Under the pieces are notes generated by a model, which was not told the origin of the DNA, made no database searches, and was given only the letters and a program-made list of their open reading frames with translations. From an uncultured Microthrixaceae bacterium (lineage in GTDB: Bacteria; Actinomycetota; Acidimicrobiia; Acidimicrobiales; Acidimicrobilacustridaceae), in NCBI GenBank assembly GCA_963734965.1, contig CAVTJK010000004.1, positions 1,799,241 to 1,863,240 of the forward strand: a stretch of DNA of 64,000 bases, in the 5' to 3' direction. This document shows positions 7,864-16,432 of the stretch, piece after piece. Within the stretch, counting starts at the first letter, position 1. The number at the start of each line of letters is the position of its first letter. The position numbers and the translations under genes are program-made.

Positions 7864-9897
7864 TCAGCCAACGGTCTCGACCTCCTTGGACTCGACCGAG
7901 TCGAGCTCGGCGGCGGCGTCGGATGTCTCGGCCTCGGCTTCGTCGGCGGTCCCCTCGTCGGGGCCGTGCTCGTCGCCATGACCACCACCAGGGGCGTCGG
8001 GGGGCTCGAGGGCCCACCCGAACACGGCCACCAGCAGCATCAGGCCACCGACGAGGCTCAGCCAGAGGGTGTAGAGCAGGCCGTAGGCGATCACCGGCAG
8101 CGAGAAGGCGGCGATGATCGGCCAGTACGACGGCGACGGCAGGTGGACGCCCTTGCCGTCGCTGTGCTGGGCCACCTCCTCGATGGTGTGGATGCGCACC
8201 AGCTTGTGGTCGGACGTCTCGGCGTACTTGCGGTACCAGAAGTCGTCGAGGCGGGTCACGACCGGGACCGGGTCGTAGTTCCACTCGGGCACCGGGCTCG
8301 GCGTCATCCACTCGATGGTGCGGGCATCCCACGGATCAGGCCCCGGCGGAGGCAGGGACTTGGCCTTCTGGCGGCTGTAGAAGATGTTGAAGATGAACAT
8401 GGCCACGCTGAAGGCCAGGGTGAAGGCCCCGATGGTGGCGATCTTGTTCCAGAGCTCGAAGCCGTAGCCCGCGTCGTAGGTGTAGATGCGGCGCGACATC
8501 CCCTGCAAGCCGAGCACGTGCATGGGCGCGAACGTCAGGTTGAAGCCCAGCAGCATGACCCAGAAGTTGGTCTTGCCCAACCGTTCGTTGAGCAGGTAGC
8601 CGAACACCTTGGGCCAGTAGAAGTAGAAGCCGCCCATGAAGCCGAGGAAGGCACCGCCGAACAGCACGTAGTGGAAGTGGGCGACGATGTAGTACGTGTC
8701 GTGCTGCTGGGTGTCCGACGGGGCGACGGCGTGGGTGACACCTGACAGGCCGCCGATCGTGAACATCGTCACCAGGCCGATCGAGTAGAGCATCGGCGTC
8801 GTGAAGTGCAACTTGCCGCCCCACATCGTGGCCGTCCAGTTGAGGATCTTCACGCCCGTCGGCACGGCGATGAACATCGTGGTCAACGAGAACGTCGTGA
8901 CCGAGATGGGCCCGATGCCGGACACGAACATGTGGTGGGCCCACACGCCCCAACCCATGAACCCGATGGCGATGCCGGACCAGACGATGAACTTGTAGCC
9001 GAAGATGGGCTTGCGCGAGAAGACCGGGAGCATCTCCGACACCAGGCCGAAGGCCGGCAGGATCATCAGGTAGACCTCGGGATGGCCGAACACCCAGAAG
9101 AGGTTCTCCCAAAGTAAGGGATTGCCGCCGCTGCGGACGTCGAAGAAGTTGGCGCCGAACAACCGGTCGAACATCAGCAGGAACTGCGCGCACGTGAGCA
9201 CAGGGATGGCGAACAGCAGCAGGAACTGGGTCACCAGCGTCATCCACGTGAACACCGGCATCTTGAACAGGTCCATGCCGGGACAGCGCATGTTGAGCAC
9301 GGTGACGATCAGGTTCACGGCACCGGTCAACGACGCCACACCGGTGATGATCAGGCCGAGGTTCCAGTAGTCGATGCCGTGGCCCGGCGAGAAGATGACC
9401 CCGGAGTTGGGCGCGTAGTTGAACCAGCCGCCGTCGGCCCCGCCGCCGAACAACCAGCTCGAGTTGAGGAACAGACCGCCGGCGAGGAACGACCAGAAGC
9501 TGAAGGCGTTGATCCGCGGGAAGGCCACGTCGCGCGCCCCGATCTGGAGCGGCATCAGGTAGTTGGCGAAGGCGGCACCGATGGGCATGACGACCAGGAA
9601 GACCATGGTCGTGCCGTGCATGGTGAAGACCTGGTTGTAGGTCTCGGCCGACAGCAGCTGGTTGCGGGGTGCCCACAGCTGCGAACGGATCAGCAGCGCC
9701 TCGCAGCCTCCGATGATGAAGAAGATCAGGGCCGCCGACCCGTACATGATGCCGATCTTCTTGTGGTCGACGGTGAACAACCACCGGCGCCACGACGCCT
9801 TGGGATGGGTCGGACGCGACAGCACCCCCAGCGGCTCGAACGGCGCGCCTGGGCCCCCAGCGGGCAGAGCGAGTGGCTGAGGGTCAGTGGTGGCCAT
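7864..9897 (-). CDS. ctaD: Cytochrome c oxidase subunit I with a C-terminal two-helix CtaF-like extension
   Basis: Intact 677-aa ORF with all canonical motifs: FTMHGTTMVF, WVFGHPEVYLMILPAFG, VWAHHMFVSG, VAHFHYVLFGG. About 110 extra C-terminal residues include HLPSPSYWPIIAAFSLPVIAYG..LLVAVFGWALE and an acidic tail. Confidence 0.95.
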   Translation of the reverse strand: MATTDPQPLALPAGGPGAPFEPLGVLSRPTHPKASWRRWLFTVDHKKIGIMYGSAALIFFIIGGCEALLIRSQLWAPRNQLLSAETYNQVFTMHGTTMVFLVVMPIGAAFANYLMPLQIGARDVAFPRINAFSFWSFLAGGLFLNSSWLFGGGADGGWFNYAPNSGVIFSPGHGIDYWNLGLIITGVASLTGAVNLIVTVLNMRCPGMDLFKMPVFTWMTLVTQFLLLFAIPVLTCAQFLLMFDRLFGANFFDVRSGGNPLLWENLFWVFGHPEVYLMILPAFGLVSEMLPVFSRKPIFGYKFIVWSGIAIGFMGWGVWAHHMFVSGIGPISVTTFSLTTMFIAVPTGVKILNWTATMWGGKLHFTTPMLYSIGLVTMFTIGGLSGVTHAVAPSDTQQHDTYYIVAHFHYVLFGGAFLGFMGGFYFYWPKVFGYLLNERLGKTNFWVMLLGFNLTFAPMHVLGLQGMSRRIYTYDAGYGFELWNKIATIGAFTLAFSVAMFIFNIFYSRQKAKSLPPPGPDPWDARTIEWMTPSPVPEWNYDPVPVVTRLDDFWYRKYAETSDHKLVRIHTIEEVAQHSDGKGVHLPSPSYWPIIAAFSLPVIAYGLLYTLWLSLVGGLMLLVAVFGWALEPPDAPGGGHGDEHGPDEGTADEAEAETSDAAAELDSVESKEVETVG

Positions 9898-9954
9898 GGG
9901 CGGGCTCCGTGACGACAGGGTGCGGTCGCGTGGGATGGGGGTGGGGGCGGGTGA

Positions 9955-11115
9955 TCACTTGAGCGTCTCGAAGTAGGCGACCAGCTCAGTGATCTGCAAC
10001 TCGCTGAGGTGGAGGTTGGGCATGCCGCGGTGCTGGAGGGCGGCCTCGGGCAGCACCAGCGGAGGGTTCCGGATCCAGGCCTGCAGGGCCGTCCGGTTGA
10101 AGATGAACGGACTCGGATCGCCGCCGTAGAGGGCGTTGCCCGGGTCGCCGGCCAGCGCCAGATCGTTCGGATCGCCCGGATGGCCCGGGTTGTTCGGGTC
10201 GTTGGGCGAGTAGAGGTTGAAGACGGAGCCGGCGAAGGTGCCGCGGGTGGCGATGTGGGTCAGGTCGGGAGCGACGCCACTGACGAGCTCCTTCTTGGCC
10301 GAACCCGACGCGATCTTGGCGTCGTTCACGCCGCGGATCAGGTGGCACGACGAGCACAGCTGGCCCTTGAAGACGGCCTCGCCGGCCTTGGCCGTCTCGT
10401 CGGTCGGCGTCACCGCCGGCTTCTGTTGGTTCTTGATCCAGGCGTCGAACTGCGTCTTGGTGACCACCCGCACGACCATCCGCATGTTGGCGTGGGACAG
10501 GCCGCAGAACTGCGTGCACTGGCCGCGGTAGACGCCCACCTTGTTGGCGTTGAACAGCAGCGGGTGGTGCTGGCCCGGCACGGCGTCCTTCTTGCCGTTC
10601 AGGGCCGGGATCCAGAACGAGTGGATGACGTCTTGCGAGGTGATCGTGAGCTCGACCGGCTGGTGGACCGGGATGATCATCTCGTTGGCGGTGATGATGT
10701 CGCCCTTGGCGGTGTCGGTGTACCGGCCGTCGTTGTTCATGTCGTAGTGGAAGGACCACCACCACTGCTGACCTGAGACCTCGACGTGCAGCGCGTTCTT
10801 GTCCGTCTGGTTCAGCTTGATGATCGTGGCGACCGTGAAGATCCCCACGACGACGAGGATCAGCAGGGGCACGATCGTCCAGCCGAGCTCGAGCACCGTG
10901 TTGCCCTCGAGCTGGCTCGGGAACTCGTCCTCGTCCTCGCCCGTGTCCCGGAAGCGCCAGACGATGTAGAAGATCACGGCGAAGAGCCCGATCATGACGA
11001 CCAGGGCCACCGCGTACACCGGCGTGATCAGGGTCTGGATCTGCTCGGACTGCACGCCGTGCGGGGTCAGCGAGGTCAGGGGCTTGCCGCCGTTGGCGAA
11101 CACGCCCGCGATCAT
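9955..11115 (-). CDS. ctaC: Cytochrome c oxidase subunit II fused to a cytochrome c domain (caa3 type); probable N-terminal extension to 11224
   Basis: Intact 386-aa ORF. It has a CuA site (CTQFCGLSHANM) and a C-terminal heme c site (CSSCH). An upstream ATG at 11224 in another frame encodes a signal-anchor-like peptide (see findings). Confidence 0.92.
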   Translation of the reverse strand: MIAGVFANGGKPLTSLTPHGVQSEQIQTLITPVYAVALVVMIGLFAVIFYIVWRFRDTGEDEDEFPSQLEGNTVLELGWTIVPLLILVVVGIFTVATIIKLNQTDKNALHVEVSGQQWWWSFHYDMNNDGRYTDTAKGDIITANEMIIPVHQPVELTITSQDVIHSFWIPALNGKKDAVPGQHHPLLFNANKVGVYRGQCTQFCGLSHANMRMVVRVVTKTQFDAWIKNQQKPAVTPTDETAKAGEAVFKGQLCSSCHLIRGVNDAKIASGSAKKELVSGVAPDLTHIATRGTFAGSVFNLYSPNDPNNPGHPGDPNDLALAGDPGNALYGGDPSPFIFNRTALQAWIRNPPLVLPEAALQHRGMPNLHLSELQITELVAYFETLK

Positions 11116-11223
11116 CGAGCGCGACGTAGAGGCCGCCGATGATGAGCACGACGAGACCCGCCAACAGCAGACCGACGCGGGCCTTGCCCCGACGGGGTGA
11201 CCCTCCGCTGGCCGGAGCGGCCA

Positions 11224-12120
11224 TCAGGACCTCGCCTCGCGTCGGGAGGGCGCGCCGCTGGCGACGCCCGGCTCACGGGACAGCTGGGGCATGGTCACCT
11301 TCCCGATCCCTCCGGCACCTGGTGGCCGGACGTGCGATCGTCCTTCTCGACTCGACGTGGTCCTCGGGCGGCGCCGACGAATCCCCCCGAAGATGATGGC
11401 CAACCCCAGCACGAACAGGATGAGCGTGATGGCCGAACGGCTGATCTTGGGACGCAGGGCGACAACGATGCAGCCGCCCAGGATCAGCACGCCGATGATG
11501 CCGAACACGGCGGTCGACGCGTGCTTGTTGGGCAGCGTGAGCAGCACCCTCGAGAAGCCGACGATGACGACGGCCACCAAGATGAAGGCGGTGATGGGCA
11601 GCCGCATGGGCTCGGCGATCTGACGGTAGAGCTCGAGGTTGATGCGGTCGTCGCCGGTGGCCCGCTCGGCCCAGGCCCGGATGGTCCACATCACGACCGA
11701 GGCTCCGAGCACGATGGCGGCGGCCAGGGCCAGCGGTCGACTCGAGATGGCCAGCCCGACCAGGATCGTGCCCACGCTGAAGGCGGTGATCACGGGCCAG
11801 TAGTTGGTGCCGCTCGGGGCTCGCGAGACGGGCACGGCGTCGAGCTCGATGGCCTCGGCCTGGGCGGTGGCGTCCGCATCGCGCAAGGCCGTGAACACGA
11901 CGCCCAGGGCGCCGGCGACGATGGCCACGCCGAGCACGAGGGTGTAGGCGAGGTGGTTGCCGACGCCGCCCTTCCACCCGATCGTGAGCGGGCCGATGAC
12001 CTGGTCGATGATCTGCTCGTGGTGGCTGGTCACCCCGACGAGGTAGGCACCGATCAGCGCGACGATGAAGAAGGCGCCGTAGAAGCGCATGGTGATGGTG
12101 ATGGTGCGGGACTTGAACAT
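11224..12120 (-). CDS. Polytopic membrane protein containing a CtaF-like (actinobacterial oxidase subunit IV-like) segment; function unknown
   Basis: Read from the ATG at 12120 (MFKSRTITITMRFYGAFFIV) in the frame of ORF 11224..12960, with about 8 hydrophobic helices. The segment SGTNYWPVITAFSVGTILVG..VVMWTIRAWAE resembles the CtaD tail. Its stop overlaps the ATG at 11224 (TGATG). The Arg-rich C-terminal 50 aa is doubtful. Confidence 0.6.
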   Translation of the reverse strand: MFKSRTITITMRFYGAFFIVALIGAYLVGVTSHHEQIIDQVIGPLTIGWKGGVGNHLAYTLVLGVAIVAGALGVVFTALRDADATAQAEAIELDAVPVSRAPSGTNYWPVITAFSVGTILVGLAISSRPLALAAAIVLGASVVMWTIRAWAERATGDDRINLELYRQIAEPMRLPITAFILVAVVIVGFSRVLLTLPNKHASTAVFGIIGVLILGGCIVVALRPKISRSAITLILFVLGLAIIFGGIRRRRPRTTSSREGRSHVRPPGAGGIGKVTMPQLSREPGVASGAPSRREARS

Positions 12121-12125
12121 GACGC

Positions 12126-12749
12126 CTACTTCGCCACGTAGATCGCGTACCAGATCAAGGCGTAGGCCGCGACGCTCGTGTGCCAATAGAGAGCCGCCGC
12201 GGTGATGCCGTCGTGCTGGCGGCTGGTGTACTGGCCGGCCAGCGCCCGGAACCCCATCAGCCCGACGAAGATCATGGCGACCACCGTCATGACCAGTTGG
12301 GCGCCGGTCACCGTGTAGATCAGCACCGACTGCTGGTTGGCGTGGATGTCGAGGCCCATCAGCGAGTACAGGTAGGCGGTCTGGTTGAGGAAGGCGAAGG
12401 CCAGCAGCAGGGACACGCCGATGGCCAGGTAGGTGTGGCGGCGATCGTCGTTCTTGATGGCCGAGACGGCCCACTGGATGGTGGCGGCCGACATGAGCAG
12501 CGTGGCGAACATCATGTTGGGCTGGGTCAGCGGGATGTGCACGCCCTGGGGGAGCCAGGTCCCGCCGTGCTGGCGACCCAGGCTGCGCTGGGTGAGGTAG
12601 ACGCCGACCAGGCCGAGGATCAGCATCATGCTGGCGGCGCTGGCGAAGGCGGTGCCCACGAGCAGGACGCGTGGTCGTGACAGCGGTGGCGGCGGGGCCT
12701 CCCCGATGGCCAGGGGCTCGTGTTCGTCGACCGCGACGATCGCCGCCAT
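12126..12749 (-). CDS. Divergent cytochrome oxidase subunit III-like membrane protein
   Basis: Read from the ATG at 12749 (MAAIVAVDEHE) within ORF 12126..12854. Its helices align with CtaE (IYTVTGAQLVMTVV versus FYTLTGFHGVHVTIG; AALYWHTSVAAYALIW versus GLYWHFVDVVWIVIF). The start overlaps the upstream stop (TGATG). Confidence 0.7.
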   Translation of the reverse strand: MAAIVAVDEHEPLAIGEAPPPPLSRPRVLLVGTAFASAASMMLILGLVGVYLTQRSLGRQHGGTWLPQGVHIPLTQPNMMFATLLMSAATIQWAVSAIKNDDRRHTYLAIGVSLLLAFAFLNQTAYLYSLMGLDIHANQQSVLIYTVTGAQLVMTVVAMIFVGLMGFRALAGQYTSRQHDGITAAALYWHTSVAAYALIWYAIYVAK

Positions 12750-14365
12750 CAGGGTGCCTCCTGTGCTTCGGCCCGATCGAGGAGCGGCTCGGCCGAGACC
12801 ATCCGTTCGAGAACCCCGAAGTTGGCCGCCTCCGGCGGGCTGGTCGTGGCCCATTCGAGGGATTGGCCGACGCCCCAGGCGTCGTCGGGCGCGTCGCCGT
12901 GGCCCATGAACAGCGAGATGACCACCAACGCGATGGCCACGACCAGCAGGGCGGCCCCAAGGGCGGACGTGCCGTAGAGGAAGTGCATCGAGTCAGCCAG
13001 GCCCGACGCCTTGAACTTGAAGCCGTAGACGAACAGCGGCAGGCCGACGACGAGCGCCCCGACCGTCCCCACCAGCGCCGCCAACTTGGCCACGCCGTCG
13101 TGGGCGAAGCGACCGAAGAGCTTGGGGGCCCAGTAGACGATCCCGCCCAGCCCGGCGAGGGTCGCCACGGCCACGATCAACAACAGGTGGCCGTTGGCGT
13201 AGGGCGAGCCGAACCCCTGCTGTCCCCACCGGATGTCGTGCAGGTCGAGTTGCTTGATGGTGTAGATGCCGCCGGCCAGGACGGCGAGGAACAGCACCAG
13301 GGCCGAGCCGAGCACGAACAGCATCGGGCTCTTGAGCATCGACGAGCCGGAGCGACCCGAGCGCGCCGTCGCCATCCACCCGCCGAGCAGGACCACCGTC
13401 GGGAGGATGATCAGCACCGACAGGGCGATGAACAGGGCCTCGTTGTACACGTCCGGGTAGAAGGCGGGCTGGGCGAAGGCCCCGAAGGTGAGGATGCCGA
13501 AGGCGCCGATGGCGGCCATGAGGGTGCTGCGGTGCTTCTGGCGGACCCCCGACAGGGTGGCGACCACGTCATTGGCCAAGCCGAGGGCGGGGATGGCCAA
13601 CGCGTAGATCTGCGGCTGGGCGAACACCCAGGACACCTGGGTCCACTGGTTGGTCCCGGTCGCGAAGAACGACGGCTTCCCGTAGTGGTGGTCGACGTAG
13701 ATGAGCACGATGTTGGCCAGCAGCACGGGGAGGGTCAGCACCCAGATCGAGGCGGCCACCACCACCGACCACGAGAACATCGGGATCCGATCGAGCCACA
13801 GGCCGGCCGTGCGCAACGAGATGATCGTGGTCAGCAGGCAGATGCAGGCGACGATCAGGCCCGCCGCGACCAGCGCCAGTCCGGCGTAGGTCAGGTCGAC
13901 GGCCTTGACGCGCCCGCCCAGGGGCCCGCCGTCGATGACGTAGGAGGCGACGACGATGAGCGAGCCGATCAGCCAGCCCCAGAAGCCGGCGGCCGCGGCG
14001 CGCGGGAACGCGACGGTGTTGGCGCCGATCTGAAGGGGCGTGATGAAGGTGGCGAGGCCGACGAAGAGCGGGATGGCGAAGAGCAGCACCGCCGCGATCT
14101 GGCTGGCCGTGTAGACCTGGAAGACGTGGGCCGTGGGCAGCAGGTGATGGGCCTGGTGGGCGGCGTAGAGGGTGTCGAGCACCCAGGCCGCCGCTCCGAA
14201 GAACAGGGCGAACCCGATGTAGGCCCGGCCCAGGGAGCGATGATCACCCGTACCGATGAAGCCGGCCAGGCCCGTCTGGGAGTGCTCGGGCAGCCCGATG
14301 AATCGCTCGGGCTCGGTCTCGTCGGCGGCGGGTTCGGTGGTGGGTCTGGTCTCGGTGATCGCCAT
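12749..14365 (-). CDS. Heme-copper oxidase subunit I-like protein lacking most canonical metal-ligand histidines
   Basis: Intact 538-aa ORF with about 12 TM helices, collinear with CtaD (TPLQIGANTVAFPR, IPMFSWSVVV, YWAPKLFG). The ligand motifs are changed: FQVYT, WVFAQPQIY, FAQPAF and YANGHLL replace FTMHG, WVFGHPEVY, WAHHMF and VAHFHYV. Confidence 0.8.
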   Translation of the reverse strand: MAITETRPTTEPAADETEPERFIGLPEHSQTGLAGFIGTGDHRSLGRAYIGFALFFGAAAWVLDTLYAAHQAHHLLPTAHVFQVYTASQIAAVLLFAIPLFVGLATFITPLQIGANTVAFPRAAAAGFWGWLIGSLIVVASYVIDGGPLGGRVKAVDLTYAGLALVAAGLIVACICLLTTIISLRTAGLWLDRIPMFSWSVVVAASIWVLTLPVLLANIVLIYVDHHYGKPSFFATGTNQWTQVSWVFAQPQIYALAIPALGLANDVVATLSGVRQKHRSTLMAAIGAFGILTFGAFAQPAFYPDVYNEALFIALSVLIILPTVVLLGGWMATARSGRSGSSMLKSPMLFVLGSALVLFLAVLAGGIYTIKQLDLHDIRWGQQGFGSPYANGHLLLIVAVATLAGLGGIVYWAPKLFGRFAHDGVAKLAALVGTVGALVVGLPLFVYGFKFKASGLADSMHFLYGTSALGAALLVVAIALVVISLFMGHGDAPDDAWGVGQSLEWATTSPPEAANFGVLERMVSAEPLLDRAEAQEAP

Positions 14366-14476
14366 GTCAGTGCAGGGATGACCTCGTCGTCACCGCGACC
14401 TGCGAACGCACACCCAACGCCGGGACAGGCGAGGCGGCGTCCAGGTTCGCGGGGCCGGAGCAGGGAACGAACAGGG

Positions 14477-14482
14477 ACTCTA
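14477..14482 (-). promoter_or_regulatory. Candidate -10 box TAGAGT for the oxidase-like/ctaCDEF transcript
   Basis: The minus strand reads gggtgtgTAGAGTccc in the 199-nt gap between ctaB and the subunit I-like gene, about 110 nt upstream of the ATG at 14365. The -35 is weak. Confidence 0.3.
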
Positions 14483-14564
14483 CACACCCCATGCAGGTGG
14501 GCCGAAAACCCGTGCCGACCGGTGATCGACGGGGGTCGGTGGGGCGGCTCGGGCAGGTCATGGC

Positions 14565-15463
14565 TCAGATCCCGTGGCGAACGAGCACGTCGACGACCAT
14601 GGCCCCGAACAGCAGCGTCACGTAGGTGATCGAGTAGGTGAACAGGCGCATGGCCTGCTTGGGCGACTCGGTGCGCAGCACCTGGACGGCCAGGTAGGTG
14701 AAGACCCCTCCGAGGACGATGGCGCTGCCGAGGTAGATCACGCCGAGGTGGCCCACCGCGTCGAACAACAGGGTCAGCGCCCACAGCAGCAGCGTGTAGA
14801 TGAGGATCCGCACGGCCGTCGTGTGGAAGCTGGCCACCGCCGGCAGCATGGGCACGTCGGCGGCGGCGTAGTCGTCCTTGTAGCGGATGGCGAGGGCCCA
14901 GAAGTGCGGCGGGGTCCAGTAGAAGATGACGGCGAAGAGCACGACGGGCGCCCACGCCAGGTGGCCGGTGACGGCGGTCCAACCGATGAGCACCGGCACG
15001 GCCCCGGCGGCGCCACCGATCACGATGTTGCTGCTCGAGGTCCGCTTGAGCCACAGCGTGTACACGAACACGTAGAAGAGGCAGGCCGACGACCGCCAAC
15101 ACGGCGCTGATGAGGTTCACGAACGCGCCACAGCCACACGAAGGCCACCACTTCGAGGACCACGGCGAAGATCAAGGCGTGGCTCGGCTCGATCAGACCC
15201 GTCACGAGCGGACGGTTCTGCGTCCGCTTCATCACCGCGTCGATGTCGCGATCGACGTACATGTTGATGGCGTTGGCGCCGCCGGCGGCGAGCGTGCCGC
15301 CGACGACGGTCGCGACCATCAGCCAGATCGGGGGCACGCCCCGCTCGGCGACGACCATGGTGGGCACCGTCGTGACCAGGAGGAGCTCGATGATGCGGGG
15401 CTTGGTCAGAGCCACGTACCCAGCCGCGCGGGTGCGCATGGAGGGACGCATCGTGGAGGCCAT
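14565..15463 (-). CDS. ctaB: Protoheme IX farnesyltransferase (heme O synthase); two frame breaks near 15075 and 15115
   Basis: The ATG at 15463 opens [51 protein letters not shown] (ORF 15020..15628). [13 protein letters not shown] is in a second frame. [42 protein letters not shown] is in ORF 14565..15071. Confidence 0.9.
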
Positions 15464-15472
15464 CAGCCGCCG

Positions 15473-15478
15473 ATCGTA
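15473..15478 (-). promoter_or_regulatory. Candidate -10 box TACGAT, 9 nt upstream of the ctaB ATG (leaderless-type)
   Basis: The minus strand reads gtgccTACGATcggcggctgATG. Confidence 0.3.
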
Positions 15479-15525
15479 GGCACGGGTCGGGCGGCTGGGA
15501 CAATCGCCCTCACAGGGTCTCCACA

Positions 15526-15531
15526 TACAAT
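15526..15531 (+). promoter_or_regulatory. Candidate -10 box TACAAT, 7 nt upstream of the GTG at 15539 (leaderless-type)
   Basis: The plus strand reads ccacaTACAATcccgcggGTG. No Shine-Dalgarno sequence is present. Confidence 0.35.
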
Positions 15532-15538
15532 CCCGCGG

Positions 15539-16432
15539 GTGCGCATCGGCGTCGTGATCCTGCCCACGATGGACTGGCCCGACGCCCGGTCGCTCTGGCG
15601 GCGAGCCGAGGCAGCTCGGCGCGCACACCGCCTGGACCTATGACCATCTGACCTGGCGGGATCTGAAGGACGGGCCGTGGCTCGGGGCCGTGCCCTTGCT
15701 GGCCGCCGTCGCCGCGACCACCGAGACCATGAGGATCGGGACGCTCGTCACCTCGCCCAACTTCCGCCACCCCGTGACGCTGGCCAAGGAGGTGATGACC
15801 CTCGACGTGATCTCGGGCGGACGCCTGACGTTGGGGATCGGCGCCGGGGGCGTCGGCTGGGACGCCACCGCCCTGGGTCAGGCGCCCTGGTCCCGATCTG
15901 AGCGGACCCGACGCTTCGAGGAGTTCGTCGCCGCGCTCGACCACCTGCTCGACCCAGGCGACCACCGCCGAGCTCGACGGTGAGTTGTACGACGCCATCG
16001 ATGCCCGCTGCGTCCCTGGCTGCACGCAGCGGCCGCGCGTGCCGTTCGCCGTCGCCGGGGGAGGCCGACGGGCCATCGCGCTGGCCGCTCGCTTCGCCGA
16101 GATCTGGGTGACCATGGGCGATCCCCAACACGCCGGCGACCTCGACGCCAGCGGGTGCATCGAGGTCGTTCGGCGCCAGAGCGATGCCCTCGACGAGGCG
16201 TGCGCGGCGGATCGGCCGCGACCCCGCGACGCTCGATCGGCTCTACATGCAGGGCGCGACCCGCGAGCCGTGGCTCGAATCGGTCGGTGCCTTCGAGGAC
16301 CTGGCCGGGCGCTACTCCGGGCTCGGCTTCACCGACCTGGCGCTGCACTGGCCGCGCGCCGAGCCGCCCTATGTCGCCGACGTCGACGTCTTCGAGGCCA
16401 TCCTGGCCGGCGCCGTCAGCGGCTCCGGCTGA
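15539..16432 (+). CDS. LLM-class F420-dependent oxidoreductase (second paralogue); frame-disrupted
   Basis: [24 protein letters not shown] comes first. Then [52 protein letters not shown] is in ORF 15690..15983. [27 protein letters not shown] is in ORF 15985... The C-terminus [24 protein letters not shown] is in ORF 16184..16432. Confidence 0.8.

Noticed and set aside
12671-14629. A 652-aa plus-strand ORF, and similar long ORFs such as 223..1353(-), 38070..39650(+), 43001..44584(+), 53195..54130(-), 54179..55297(-) and 55258..56877(-)
   Set aside because: They run antisense to well-supported genes. Their translations are Arg/Gly/Asp/His-rich low complexity, typical of stop-poor alternative frames in 70% GC DNA. 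No recognisable motifs were seen.
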